Of a stretch of 64,000 bases of DNA, positions 39,701-48,299 are shown one piece after another. Every line of letters starts with the position of its first letter. Within the stretch, counting starts at the first letter, position 1. The stretch is from Kiritimatiellia bacterium (GTDB taxonomy: Bacteria > Verrucomicrobiota > Kiritimatiellia > CAIVKH01). Made by a program: the position numbers and the translations under genes. The stretch is from the NCBI GenBank assembly GCA_035327585.1, contig DAOLDD010000012.1, forward strand, positions 10,882-74,881, in the 5' to 3' direction. The notes under the pieces were generated by a model. The model saw nothing but the letters and a program-made list of their open reading frames with translations, searched no databases and had not been told where the DNA came from.

Positions 39701-40474
39701 CCCGGCAGCGACCTAAGCATCGTTTCCGGTCTTCAGGGTGGCGACAAACACGCCACGCTGGACGGCATGCTCAAGATCGGCGCGACCGGGTTGACCCGCA
39801 TCCAGCAACGCAACCGGTTTCACGCGCTGATGATCGCGCCGTCGATGGATGCGGAAGAAGCCCCCCTCGTTATATCCAGCGCGGAGAGCGTCACCTTCGG
39901 CATGTTGCCGGACGGTTTCCTGGCCACCCATCCGATCAAACTCTGGCTCCGCGCGACGACCAACGGCCTGCGCATCGCATTCGATGTGCCCAAGCCGGAT
40001 CAGACGTACATGCAGATGCAGGTCGGCGCATCGCAGATCAACATGGATAGCGTTGAATTGTTTATGCGCACCCGGCCCGATGACGTGCAATGGGCCGGAG
40101 GTGGCTACCAGCGCGGCGATATTAAAATCAGTCTGGCCCAGGATCATCGGGACCCCGCGAAAAAATCCGTTCAAGTTGATCAAGGCGCGGACGCGATCCG
40201 CACGGAACAGATCGAGTTCCGTTTCGCCGCGCGCACCGTGTCGCCGGGCTATACCGGCACCGTCTTTATTCCCTGGACCGCCCTGCCGCTGCTGGAGAGT
40301 ACGCCGCCTGCAACCTTGGGGTTTGATCTGAGTTTCAATATGGCCGATGTCGCCGGCGTCCGCCGTGCGCAGGTCACCTGGTCCGGTCCGGGCTTCAACT
40401 GGCTCGATCCCAGCGGCCTCGGCGTCCTGCGCTTGACGCCCGCGCCGCGCACCAACGGGATCAGCGGACCGTGA
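36791..40474 (+). CDS. Large secreted multidomain glycoside hydrolase: N-terminal CBM-like beta-sandwich modules, a clan GH-A (beta/alpha)8 catalytic domain and a C-terminal CBM9-like module
   Basis: Signal peptide after the ATG at 36791. The NEP motif (EVVNEPN), typical of GH-A acid/base catalysts, a second conserved Glu region (WNTEKGW). The C-terminal segment resembles family-9 carbohydrate-binding modules. Confidence 0.6.
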   Translation: MRQIGIAGKNGWRLAALGLLCVMAMTPDNSSIAAAQVAVRNPGWMTSPRGEVEGWMLHWCRRTIDDEGRTVIHLPDPSGVPFAKLSQRIPIDDPAILALTVTATVRARPPDAAQESPLESAPSLCIYYHGANTGWSYKEVLWPAGRAGAKKVIPRDVNWQTVSFDLPRPPGAVQVEIALEAKTGSFGLDVAEMTITALRSSDASNQPVAAEPQGPVDRSNLLAGSITRFEGGSAGWQVFVLPHYPAVQLEPEYDRAQPGEGQASIRIPPGAGLNSMPVLLAKGKGIRTLSFLARAEQAAELVVRQGYNHGSLQDVRVPVTREWTRVHATYPASNNQDAPFYFIENRMVEGRGTDVYIDAISLSEGGTTEYIEPPAELMLVRQPNGVVRADLLLAGGVENPGAWTWTLEEVDIESRLLAHGLVAWKAEGPQRYSATIDHPTDHGMYRIVLLRDEDRSIEPMQELLIAQASFATLPEFRDGGAPVTLGVHAHHNWARQGSPPRTVYHHPDWETFLRSLRTMGIEWMRFHGGRDNPTILSFAAPDGPRKDYLLAHDLLKPYQDTGFRLMAVLDVGFGKLFRREPWFAARETHGEWGRHALPEDMSVWTDFVRAMATAYADVFDAWEVVNEPNGTMQASDYMPLLKEAYAVLKEVVPDKPVLGVCATADYESSLDGFVEQCFALGAADAMDILSFHPYVGNDTPEASLVLMQNTARLLERSGAQKGLWNTEKGWSTMPTYISHQARGTSKRADSAMGSVGVSAVLGAAYNVRNILHSSRVGVNHYFIYSGMNPQFGWQAKGHFGPAFEYDGTMGPLYFMVGTIQRVLQEATFREAITLRDGGLWAYLYDFPDKRVLAALWTNERKEPTDLRSESVSRVPARGWDGMGRPLDLSAQGVAAGPMPTYFVWDDAETGDIANMITNMTWEAVPRFQVRVGPARDGSPCFEVRAANPLETSIPALWVPDVGPPLSQDVPPGSDLSIVSGLQGGDKHATLDGMLKIGATGLTRIQQRNRFHALMIAPSMDAEEAPLVISSAESVTFGMLPDGFLATHPIKLWLRATTNGLRIAFDVPKPDQTYMQMQVGASQINMDSVELFMRTRPDDVQWAGGGYQRGDIKISLAQDHRDPAKKSVQVDQGADAIRTEQIEFRFAARTVSPGYTGTVFIPWTALPLLESTPPATLGFDLSFNMADVAGVRRAQVTWSGPGFNWLDPSGLGVLRLTPAPRTNGISGP

Positions 40475-40524
40475 TGGCGGTCAGCCGCGCCCGATTGTCG
40501 CGACGTTCCGTCGATGACGACGTT

Positions 40525-41874
40525 CTACGCTTCTGAATGGTTGCGCCATTCTTCGGCGATCAGGGTCACCGGGTGTGCGACGCGGATTGGGAGATTCCGT
40601 TCCTTCAGCATGGCGCGAATTTGTCCCATGCAGCCTGGATTGGCCACGGCGAGCACGGCGGCCCCGGTATCGCTGATGTGTCCCGCTTTGCGCACGCCGA
40701 GTTTGCGAGCCTGTTCGGGCTGGGTGATATTGTAAACACCCGCGCTGCCGCAGCACCACGTGCTTTCGGGCAGGTCGACCCACTCATACGTCGCGAGGGA
40801 TTTCAACAGGCGACGTGGCGCGGCGGCGATGCGCTGGCCATGCACAAGGTGACACGCATCCTGGTAGGCCAGTTTTTGACGCGATTCCGGCGTCGGGCGA
40901 AGTTTCGGCCAGCGCTCCTGTTGTTCGACCAAGTACTCGTTGATATCCCTTATGCGGTGGTCCCAGGCCGCGGCACGATAGCGGTATACGGGATCGTCCG
41001 ACAGGAGCTGGCGGTAGTGGCGGATATGTGAACCGCATCCCGCGGCGTTGGTGATGATCGCATCAAACGCGCAGGGGTCCATCGCATCGAGATTGACCCG
41101 GGCCAGCGCGCGGGCGCCTTCGATGTCTCCATTGTGGGCGTGCAACGATCCGCAGCATTGTTGCTTGGGGGGAATGACCACCCGGCAGCCGATGCGTTCG
41201 AGCACTTCGACCGTCGCCCGATTAACATCGGCGAAGGCAATGTCCTGCACGCACCCGGCCAACAGGGCGACGCGTGGGCCGCCACCGTGGCTTTTCGTGA
41301 TGTAGCCCATCTGCGTGAAGGGCAGGGAAATGGCCGGGGACAACGGTTCCAGATCGGCGAGTTGTGTGGACATGAGCCGGATCAGGCCCAACCGTTTGGC
41401 CGCCGCTTGCAAGCCGGAGCGCTGCGCGATCCACAGCAGGCGGGCCACCGCGCGCAAACGGCGTCGCGAGGCGAACAGGTATGTCATCAAAAAACGACGG
41501 GCGAAGGATCGCCGGGGTGTTGCGAGCAGGCCGGATGCTTCGACGTCGGCGCGCGCGGCCTCGAGCATCGGCGCGTACCGGACATCCGCCGGACACGCCG
41601 TCTGGCAGGCAAGACATCCGAGGCAGTAGTACATTTCCTTCGCGAAGTGGGGCCCGATGCGACTTTCGCCGGCGGCCACCGCTTTCATCATGGCGATGCG
41701 TCCGCGCGGGCTCGAGTTCTCGTTTTTTGTTTCGTCATAGGTGGGGCAGGTCGGCAGGCACATGCCGCAATGGATGCACGTTTGGAGGATCGAGAAATCG
41801 AGCGCGGCAAGGCGGGAAACCTTGCCGGGAATATCGGGCGATGGCGGAGAGGATGCCGGAAGGGCGCCGCTCAT
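40525..41874 (-). CDS. glcF: Glycolate oxidase-type iron-sulfur subunit (GlcF-like: 2x[4Fe-4S] ferredoxin plus CCG domains)
   Basis: CIHCGMCLPTCPTYD and CLGCLACQTACPADV cluster motifs. Cysteine-rich CCG repeats. Confidence 0.75.
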   Translation of the reverse strand: MSGALPASSPPSPDIPGKVSRLAALDFSILQTCIHCGMCLPTCPTYDETKNENSSPRGRIAMMKAVAAGESRIGPHFAKEMYYCLGCLACQTACPADVRYAPMLEAARADVEASGLLATPRRSFARRFLMTYLFASRRRLRAVARLLWIAQRSGLQAAAKRLGLIRLMSTQLADLEPLSPAISLPFTQMGYITKSHGGGPRVALLAGCVQDIAFADVNRATVEVLERIGCRVVIPPKQQCCGSLHAHNGDIEGARALARVNLDAMDPCAFDAIITNAAGCGSHIRHYRQLLSDDPVYRYRAAAWDHRIRDINEYLVEQQERWPKLRPTPESRQKLAYQDACHLVHGQRIAAAPRRLLKSLATYEWVDLPESTWCCGSAGVYNITQPEQARKLGVRKAGHISDTGAAVLAVANPGCMGQIRAMLKERNLPIRVAHPVTLIAEEWRNHSEA

Positions 41875-43247
41875 CAGAAAATCTTCCCGGGATTCAGAAT
41901 GCCGTTGGGATCGAGGGCGGATTTGATCGCCTGGTGCAGACGAAGTCCGGTGGCATCGACCACCAGGGGTAGAAATTCCTTTTTCGCGAGTCCGATGCCA
42001 TGCTCGCCAGTGATGGTGCCGCCAAGCGCGACGGCTTTTTCGAAAATCTCCGTGAACGCGGCATGCACCCGTTTCATTTCCCCGGCATCGCGCTCGTCGG
42101 TCAGGAAGGTCGGGTGCAGGTTGCCGTCGCCCATATGCCCGAACGTGCCCACGCGCAGATGATGACGTTCCGCTGTTTCCTGGATGAACACGACCATCTC
42201 GGCCAGCCGGCTGCGCGGAACGGTGGCGTCCTCGAGGATTACGGTGGGCGAACGTCGGGCCAGTGCGCTGAAGGCACTGCGTCGGGCCGTGCGCAGTTGC
42301 TCGGCGTCGGCGTTGGTTTCGGCGGTGCGAACAAACAAGGCGCCGTGATCCCTGGCAATCCGCGTCATGACCTCGGCTTCCTCCGCGACAACGGCGGGGT
42401 GTCCGTCCGTCTCCATCAGCAGCAGCGCCCCGGCATCAAGGGGCAGGCCGATGTTGGCATATTCCTCGACGCACTGAATGGTCACACGGTCGAGGAACTC
42501 CAGGGTGCAGGGAATGACGGGGTGGGCAATGATAGCCGATACCGTGTCGGCCGCTTCGCGTATGGAAGCAAAGGAGGCGAGCAGGGTTTTGACCGCCGCG
42601 GGCTTCGGAAGGAGTTTCACCAGGATTTCCGTGATGATGCCGAGCGTTCCCTCCGAACCGATAAACAGATCCTTGAGCCGGTAACCGGCGGAGTCTTTCA
42701 CGCAGGCCGAACCCGTTCGCAGGACATCGCCATTGGCCAGCACCACTTCCAATCCGAGAATGTAGTCGCGTGTGACTCCGTATTTCAGGCCGCGCAATCC
42801 GCCTGAGTTGTGGTTGACGTTGCCGCCGAGGGTCGAGATCGCCATGGAACCCGGATCAGGCGGGTAAAACAATCCATGGGCGAGAGCGGCACTGTTGAGC
42901 ATCGCGGTGCGCACGCCCGGCTGAACGCGGGCCTGGAGATTGGCCGGGTCGACCTCGAGGATGCGGTCCATCTTCGCCAGGCAGAGAACCAGTCCATCCG
43001 GCACCGGCAGGGCGCTTCCACTCAGGCTGGTGCCGGAACCACGCGGCACCACCGGTATGCGTTGCTGATTGGCCAGCCGCAGAACGCCGGCCACCTGGTC
43101 GCGGTTCCGGGGAAACACCACCGCCGCCGGACGCTGGGTCATGGCCGCCGTCCCGTCGAAACCGTATGCGATCAACTGGTCCGGTTCGGCCAGCACGTGC
43201 TCCGCGCCGACGATTCCCGCGAGGGCTTCGATGGTCGATCTATTCAC
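41874..43247 (-). CDS. glcD: FAD-linked oxidase (GlcD / D-lactate dehydrogenase family)
   Basis: FAD-binding PCMH domain (VVPRGSGTSLSG) and a C-terminal FAD-oxidase domain. Start overlaps the glcF stop. Confidence 0.75.
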   Translation of the reverse strand: MNRSTIEALAGIVGAEHVLAEPDQLIAYGFDGTAAMTQRPAAVVFPRNRDQVAGVLRLANQQRIPVVPRGSGTSLSGSALPVPDGLVLCLAKMDRILEVDPANLQARVQPGVRTAMLNSAALAHGLFYPPDPGSMAISTLGGNVNHNSGGLRGLKYGVTRDYILGLEVVLANGDVLRTGSACVKDSAGYRLKDLFIGSEGTLGIITEILVKLLPKPAAVKTLLASFASIREAADTVSAIIAHPVIPCTLEFLDRVTIQCVEEYANIGLPLDAGALLLMETDGHPAVVAEEAEVMTRIARDHGALFVRTAETNADAEQLRTARRSAFSALARRSPTVILEDATVPRSRLAEMVVFIQETAERHHLRVGTFGHMGDGNLHPTFLTDERDAGEMKRVHAAFTEIFEKAVALGGTITGEHGIGLAKKEFLPLVVDATGLRLHQAIKSALDPNGILNPGKIF

Positions 43248-43283
43248 GATGAGGTTGCCCGGAATAAAGAATGGCGGCCCGGT

Positions 43284-44747
43284 TCAGGTGTGTGTTTCCG
43301 GCGTGGTCAATTCGCATTCGATGCCGAGGCATTCGGCGACGCGCATGACCGCGCGGGCATGATGGCCGATGCCGAGGGCGAAGTGGTGGGTTGGTCCGGC
43401 TTTCACCCAGCGCTTCAGGAAGGTCCGCACGTCCGGAAGAAACCGGCCGTGTGTGTTGGTGTTGCCGGTGGCGGGAATCGGACGGTCCAACGACTCGCCC
43501 TCGGCCACGATGAATTTGAATTTCCCGGCGGCGTTCACCCCGATGCTCAGCATGGTGATCGGCCCGGGCTTGATCCGGAATTCCACGCTCGCGCCCGATC
43601 CGGGCTTGCCGTGGTATTTTTTCAAACTGCGCAAGACCGGTCGCTCGGAGGCGATATTGATGTGGTGCGGTCCGTCATGCCCGACCAGCACGGTGTCCTG
43701 CGCGAAATCGATCGGATGGAATTCCGCGAAACTGCCGCCGATGTCGAGCCGGTCCAGTATCATCATGGCCACGCAGGTCTTGATGTCGAATTCGCCGCAC
43801 ATCGGGAAGCCCGCCCCGGTCAGCAGCGAATTGCCGACAATCAGGTTGGTCATTAGTTCGCGGACCGGCGCGCCGGGTTCGCCTTCGTAATAGTAGGCGA
43901 GGCCGTCGAGTTGTTTCTCCTCGATCATCGTGTCCAGCGCGATGGCGGCCCGCGCCGCGACATCGAGATCCTTGTCCGTAAGCTTGCCGGTGATGGGGTC
44001 CACCTCCGGGTCCGGGGTGTCGAAGAAATTCAGGATCTCCTCTTTTTTGCGGGCGACGCGCGCCGGGTCCGGTTCCCGGTAGTGACGCATCAGGTCGTCG
44101 GGTTCGACGAGCGCGATGTGCGCGCCGAATGCGGCGGTGACCGCCGTCGGGTCGGCGTGCATGTCGAGCATGGATTCCAGCACGTGGCCCATCAGACCGA
44201 GCCGGGCCTTGCGAAGATCGTGCAGCACGCAGGCGATGTGGCACCACTCCACGAGATCCTCCTCAGCCTCGGCGTCGCCCTCCTCGTGGCCGAGAATCAG
44301 GTGCGGCGGACGCCGTCCCATTCGGACGGCCACGCCGGTGAATTCGGGAACGGAGCAGAGGTCGTCGTTGACCAGTTGTTTGTAGGTCGTGCAGGTGGCG
44401 TAATCCAACGCCTTCAGCGGTTGCAGCGCCACGAGGACAATTGGGCAGCGAATGTCCCGCGCAAGAATCCCGAAGGTGGCGGACGTGGCGTAGGTCACCA
44501 TATCCACGAACAGCAGGTCCAGATCGTCGGCCTGCATCCGCGGCAGGACGGCGTAGGTCGACGCGGCATTGTCCACCAGGCCGTAGTTGAAGACCTGTAC
44601 CCCGGTGGCTTGCACGCGGGCGGTCAGAAGATTCATCTTCCGATGCATCTCGTCCAGCAGCCCTTCGAATTGCGGCCAGTAGACATGATGTCCGACGCCC
44701 ACGATGCCGATTCGGGCGGTCAGCGGTTTTCTTCGTTGCACATGCAT
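43284..44747 (-). CDS. L-arabinose isomerase family (AraA-like) sugar isomerase
   Basis: 487 aa. N-terminal region RIGIVGVGHHVYWPQFEGL resembles the AraA N-terminus. Typical size. An L-fucose-isomerase-type function cannot be excluded. Confidence 0.5.
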   Translation of the reverse strand: MHVQRRKPLTARIGIVGVGHHVYWPQFEGLLDEMHRKMNLLTARVQATGVQVFNYGLVDNAASTYAVLPRMQADDLDLLFVDMVTYATSATFGILARDIRCPIVLVALQPLKALDYATCTTYKQLVNDDLCSVPEFTGVAVRMGRRPPHLILGHEEGDAEAEEDLVEWCHIACVLHDLRKARLGLMGHVLESMLDMHADPTAVTAAFGAHIALVEPDDLMRHYREPDPARVARKKEEILNFFDTPDPEVDPITGKLTDKDLDVAARAAIALDTMIEEKQLDGLAYYYEGEPGAPVRELMTNLIVGNSLLTGAGFPMCGEFDIKTCVAMMILDRLDIGGSFAEFHPIDFAQDTVLVGHDGPHHINIASERPVLRSLKKYHGKPGSGASVEFRIKPGPITMLSIGVNAAGKFKFIVAEGESLDRPIPATGNTNTHGRFLPDVRTFLKRWVKAGPTHHFALGIGHHARAVMRVAECLGIECELTTPETHT

Positions 44748-44758
44748 GGTGATTTTCC

Positions 44759-47341
44759 TTACCAGGTGATTAATACGGTTCCGGTGACATGGTGGACTTC
44801 AAGCCGATCTCCCAGCGCGTCGCGCTTGTGCTCGGGTTTCAGAAAGTTGCCGACCATGTAAGGCGCGGACGGATGCAGGAGAATGCGCACGCGGTCGGCT
44901 GATCCCGTTTCCGGGTAGAAGCGCAACGTGGCGTTGCGGAGTCCGAGCACCCGCAGGCGGCGGGACACGCCGATTTCACCGGAATGGTTGGCGATGCACG
45001 AGAGCTCGCCCGTCTCCTGTCCGTCCACGAACAGCCGGCATTCCCGATGCCAGGCGCGCGGCATTGTGTAGGTTGCCCGTCCGTTTTCCAGCCGGGTTTC
45101 GCATCCGACCAGCAGCGGCGCGCCCTGCGGCAGGCGCAGATGCAGCGTCGCCGTGGTTTCGGGAACATAGCCGGAGAAAAAGAATCCGTTGGCGTGGCGG
45201 GCGATGACCGAGAGCGGCTCGCGGGTGATGCGATCGCGCACCTCGATCGGCGTGCGTCCGGAATTTCCTGCGACGCCCGGCTCGAAGAGCATCGGATTCT
45301 CCTGATCCGGCCCGCGCATGGCGAAGCGAATATCGAAACCGAACCGTGACAGCAGAAAGCGGGGCAGTACGTCAGAGGGAAAATACGTCGCGGGGTCCAA
45401 GGGCCGCGGATGGCGTCCATGCGTATGGCAATCGAAGGTGTTGCTCCCGCGCACCCAGACCATATGTCCGGAACCAATGCGGCGTTCCGTTGCGAGGGCC
45501 TTTTCTTCTCCAGAAGTCGGAATGGCCCGGGCTAGAAGGCGGACGGAGGGGTCGTCGGATCGCGCGACTTCACACAATGGCCCGGCCGAGGTCAGCGCGT
45601 CATGGCGCAGCAGGGACGGATATTCCGCATGGGTGAGGCGGTCGGATTCGAGATCGCTCGCGAAGCGGAAGTCGCCTTCCAACGGTTCTCCCGGTTGGAC
45701 CCCAATCCAATCGCGCGTTGCCTTGTCCAGATGTTCGGTCGGCCCGTAAAGCAGCAGGCGACCGCCCTTCCGCACGGCGTCTTCCAACGCCGTCCGGGCG
45801 GGGCCGAGCAGCGCTGCCGTTGGGGCAACCAGAATGGATTCTTGAAACGCATGGGCGTTTGTTGGCCAAGCTTGGGCGAATGCGGTGGTGCTGATGACGG
45901 TGTGGAGGGGCAAGCCCCGGTTCACCGCGCCACGCATGAACCAGTCGCCGAAGAAGACCTCGGCCAGTCGGGGCGCGGGACCGAAGGTCATGTCGTGATA
46001 CTCGTCGAAAGGATAAACCCAGACGAGCGGGCCGGGCTGATCGGGGGCGTCCCGGCGACCGGCCAGCAGGTGGGGAATCGCTTCGAGGGGCACCTGGTCC
46101 GGAAGGCAACCGTATGAATCGTCCGCGGTCAGGAATTCGAAGGAGGAGGGCGTTTGCGTGCGGCCGGTGCGATCGAGTCGGGCTACCGCGAGGGGAAGAT
46201 AAATGTCGTGCGGCTCGCGTCCGTAGCGGTCGAGCCACGGACTGTTGAGCCACCAGGGATCGTGTATGTAGAGGCGGAACGGGAATTTCTCCTCGGGCGG
46301 CAACTCGGCGATGTGCGACATCCAGCCGACCAGTTCGAGGCCGAAGTCGCCGTCAATCGCGGCCCAGGGGGAATTGGGCGGCGGGGTCAGGTTATACGAT
46401 CCGCGATAAATATCGCGCAGGGGAACCGCGTCGCTCGACAGATCCATGCCGGTCGACAGATTGGTGCCGCGGGTCTCGATCACAAAATCGGGGCACTCGC
46501 GGCGGAAATCTTTCCAGAACGCCAGGCTCTTCGCGCGGATTTCCGGGATGCGGTCGGCCTTGAATTCCCTGCCGTCGAACAGTGGTCCCAGGTAGCCCCA
46601 GGTTTCGATGCCGAACCCGAAGCCGTTCGAAAACCAGATGTAGTCGAAACCGAGGTCGGTCAGGAAGTGGTGCGACTGGCGGCCGAGAAAGGCGCCAAAC
46701 GATAGGCCTTCCGGAATGCCGGTTGGAAATCCCGCATACCGTCGGTTATCGGCACGCAACGTAGCGTAGCATCCGACAAAGGAGGCTCTGCCCATCGTTC
46801 CGCCCAAACAAATCTCCGGGTGTCGCTGATATTTGAATGGTGATTTGGCGAACTCGGGTCCGGGATCGAACGTGGCGCCAACCCGCACCGGCTTGCCGGT
46901 CACTTCGCCGCCGACCTCTTTCAAAATGCCCAACAACTGTTTGAGCCAGCCGTAGGTGAAGGTCGGCGGATGCGCCGTGTAGAGCACGTTGCGGCTGTGC
47001 AGATTTAGGCCTTCAGGATCGTTGGGGCTGGAGAGCACCGTTGGCTGGGTGTTCGAGGGCGTCGGGCCGGGGTCTTCGGTATCTTTTCCCCAATGCGCGA
47101 CGCCCGACGGATTGGCGTGGCCGATGTAGCGAGCCCATTCGAAGGGCGCCTCCAGGTCGCCGGCATAGTCCAGAATCTCGGAACCGTCCGCCGACCACAA
47201 CATCACCGAAATGCCGTCCGCTTCGCGGAGCAGGGGTTTCCACTGATCGAAAAGATGGCGGCAGACCGCCCGGACAGCCGGTTCCGATGCATCCTTGAAC
47301 GGCTTCAAGCTCATTTCGAGCGTTACATTGTTCAGGCGCAT
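44759..47341 (-). CDS. Large (860 aa) cytoplasmic protein of unknown function in a sugar-catabolic operon, possibly a novel glycoside hydrolase
   Basis: ATG at 47341 (Met 73 of the track ORF). No signal peptide or TM segment. No family recognised. 12 nt downstream of the AraA-like gene. Confidence 0.5.
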   Translation of the reverse strand: MRLNNVTLEMSLKPFKDASEPAVRAVCRHLFDQWKPLLREADGISVMLWSADGSEILDYAGDLEAPFEWARYIGHANPSGVAHWGKDTEDPGPTPSNTQPTVLSSPNDPEGLNLHSRNVLYTAHPPTFTYGWLKQLLGILKEVGGEVTGKPVRVGATFDPGPEFAKSPFKYQRHPEICLGGTMGRASFVGCYATLRADNRRYAGFPTGIPEGLSFGAFLGRQSHHFLTDLGFDYIWFSNGFGFGIETWGYLGPLFDGREFKADRIPEIRAKSLAFWKDFRRECPDFVIETRGTNLSTGMDLSSDAVPLRDIYRGSYNLTPPPNSPWAAIDGDFGLELVGWMSHIAELPPEEKFPFRLYIHDPWWLNSPWLDRYGREPHDIYLPLAVARLDRTGRTQTPSSFEFLTADDSYGCLPDQVPLEAIPHLLAGRRDAPDQPGPLVWVYPFDEYHDMTFGPAPRLAEVFFGDWFMRGAVNRGLPLHTVISTTAFAQAWPTNAHAFQESILVAPTAALLGPARTALEDAVRKGGRLLLYGPTEHLDKATRDWIGVQPGEPLEGDFRFASDLESDRLTHAEYPSLLRHDALTSAGPLCEVARSDDPSVRLLARAIPTSGEEKALATERRIGSGHMVWVRGSNTFDCHTHGRHPRPLDPATYFPSDVLPRFLLSRFGFDIRFAMRGPDQENPMLFEPGVAGNSGRTPIEVRDRITREPLSVIARHANGFFFSGYVPETTATLHLRLPQGAPLLVGCETRLENGRATYTMPRAWHRECRLFVDGQETGELSCIANHSGEIGVSRRLRVLGLRNATLRFYPETGSADRVRILLHPSAPYMVGNFLKPEHKRDALGDRLEVHHVTGTVLITW

Positions 47342-47378
47342 GGAATCGTTTCTTTGGGCGGGAGGCTCGGCGCCGCCA

Positions 47379-48137
47379 TCATCCCGACAGTTGTTTCCCG
47401 AATTCCGCCGCCGCCGCCAGCAACGCCCTGCGCGCCGCCATGCGTGCGGGGGCTCGAAAACGCGACAGCGGTGCGCTGCAACCGATGCCGAACAGGAAGT
47501 GTCCCGCGGTATCGAACACCGGGACCGCGACCGCGCCGATTCCACTTTGGCGCACATTGACGGCTTCCGCCCAACCGCGTTTGCGAACGAGCGCCAGCAG
47601 CGCGAGCAGTTCGTTTGGGGTTCGGGGCAACTCCGGTCCCAGGTCGTCCCGTTTCAGCGATCCGACATAGTGGCGGTGGACCGCTTCGTCCTGATGGGCG
47701 AGGGTCACCAGACCGGTCGCCATCCGGTGCGGAGCCTTTGCCGGGCCGATTTCCGGCACCACGGCCAGCGCCTGATCGGCCTGGATGCCGTCCAGAACCA
47801 CGACGTTCGTTCCGTCGTGCGCCATGACGGTCACGGTTTCGCCCAGTCGCGCATGCAGCCGCGCCAATCCCGGACGAATCGCTTCAACCAGCGCGCGCAG
47901 GGGATCCGACCCGCGGCCCAGCTCCATCGCCGTCCGGCCCAGGCGATAACCTCGGGACTCCTCGTCGAACGCAAGAAATCCCCTGGCCACCAGGGTGCGC
48001 AACAAGTCGTGCGCCGTCGGCGCTTTCAGGCCCGTCCTCCGGGCCAGTTCCCGCACGCCCACCGGTTTGCCGCCCGCCTTCCCTGCCTCCAGCAGCAGTC
48101 GAAGCGCCCGATCGACGGATTGAATCATGTTCGGCAT
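47379..48137 (-). CDS. IclR-family transcriptional regulator
   Basis: N-terminal IclR HTH (SVDRALRLLLEAGKAGGKPVGVRELARRTGLKAPTAHDLLRTL) and a C-terminal GAF-like effector domain. Confidence 0.8.
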   Translation of the reverse strand: MPNMIQSVDRALRLLLEAGKAGGKPVGVRELARRTGLKAPTAHDLLRTLVARGFLAFDEESRGYRLGRTAMELGRGSDPLRALVEAIRPGLARLHARLGETVTVMAHDGTNVVVLDGIQADQALAVVPEIGPAKAPHRMATGLVTLAHQDEAVHRHYVGSLKRDDLGPELPRTPNELLALLALVRKRGWAEAVNVRQSGIGAVAVPVFDTAGHFLFGIGCSAPLSRFRAPARMAARRALLAAAAEFGKQLSG

Positions 48138-48299
48138 TGTCGTACACTATTCGCTAATGCCGTACATACTCGGATGGGGAGGCGTCGGGGTCAAGGGGGA
48201 AAGTTATCGACGGGCACCGACTTCGGGCGGTGATGTCACGATGAGCATGCCCCGGTTTACCGTGAACGAGCTTGGCTTCACGGCGCAGTCCGCGGCATA

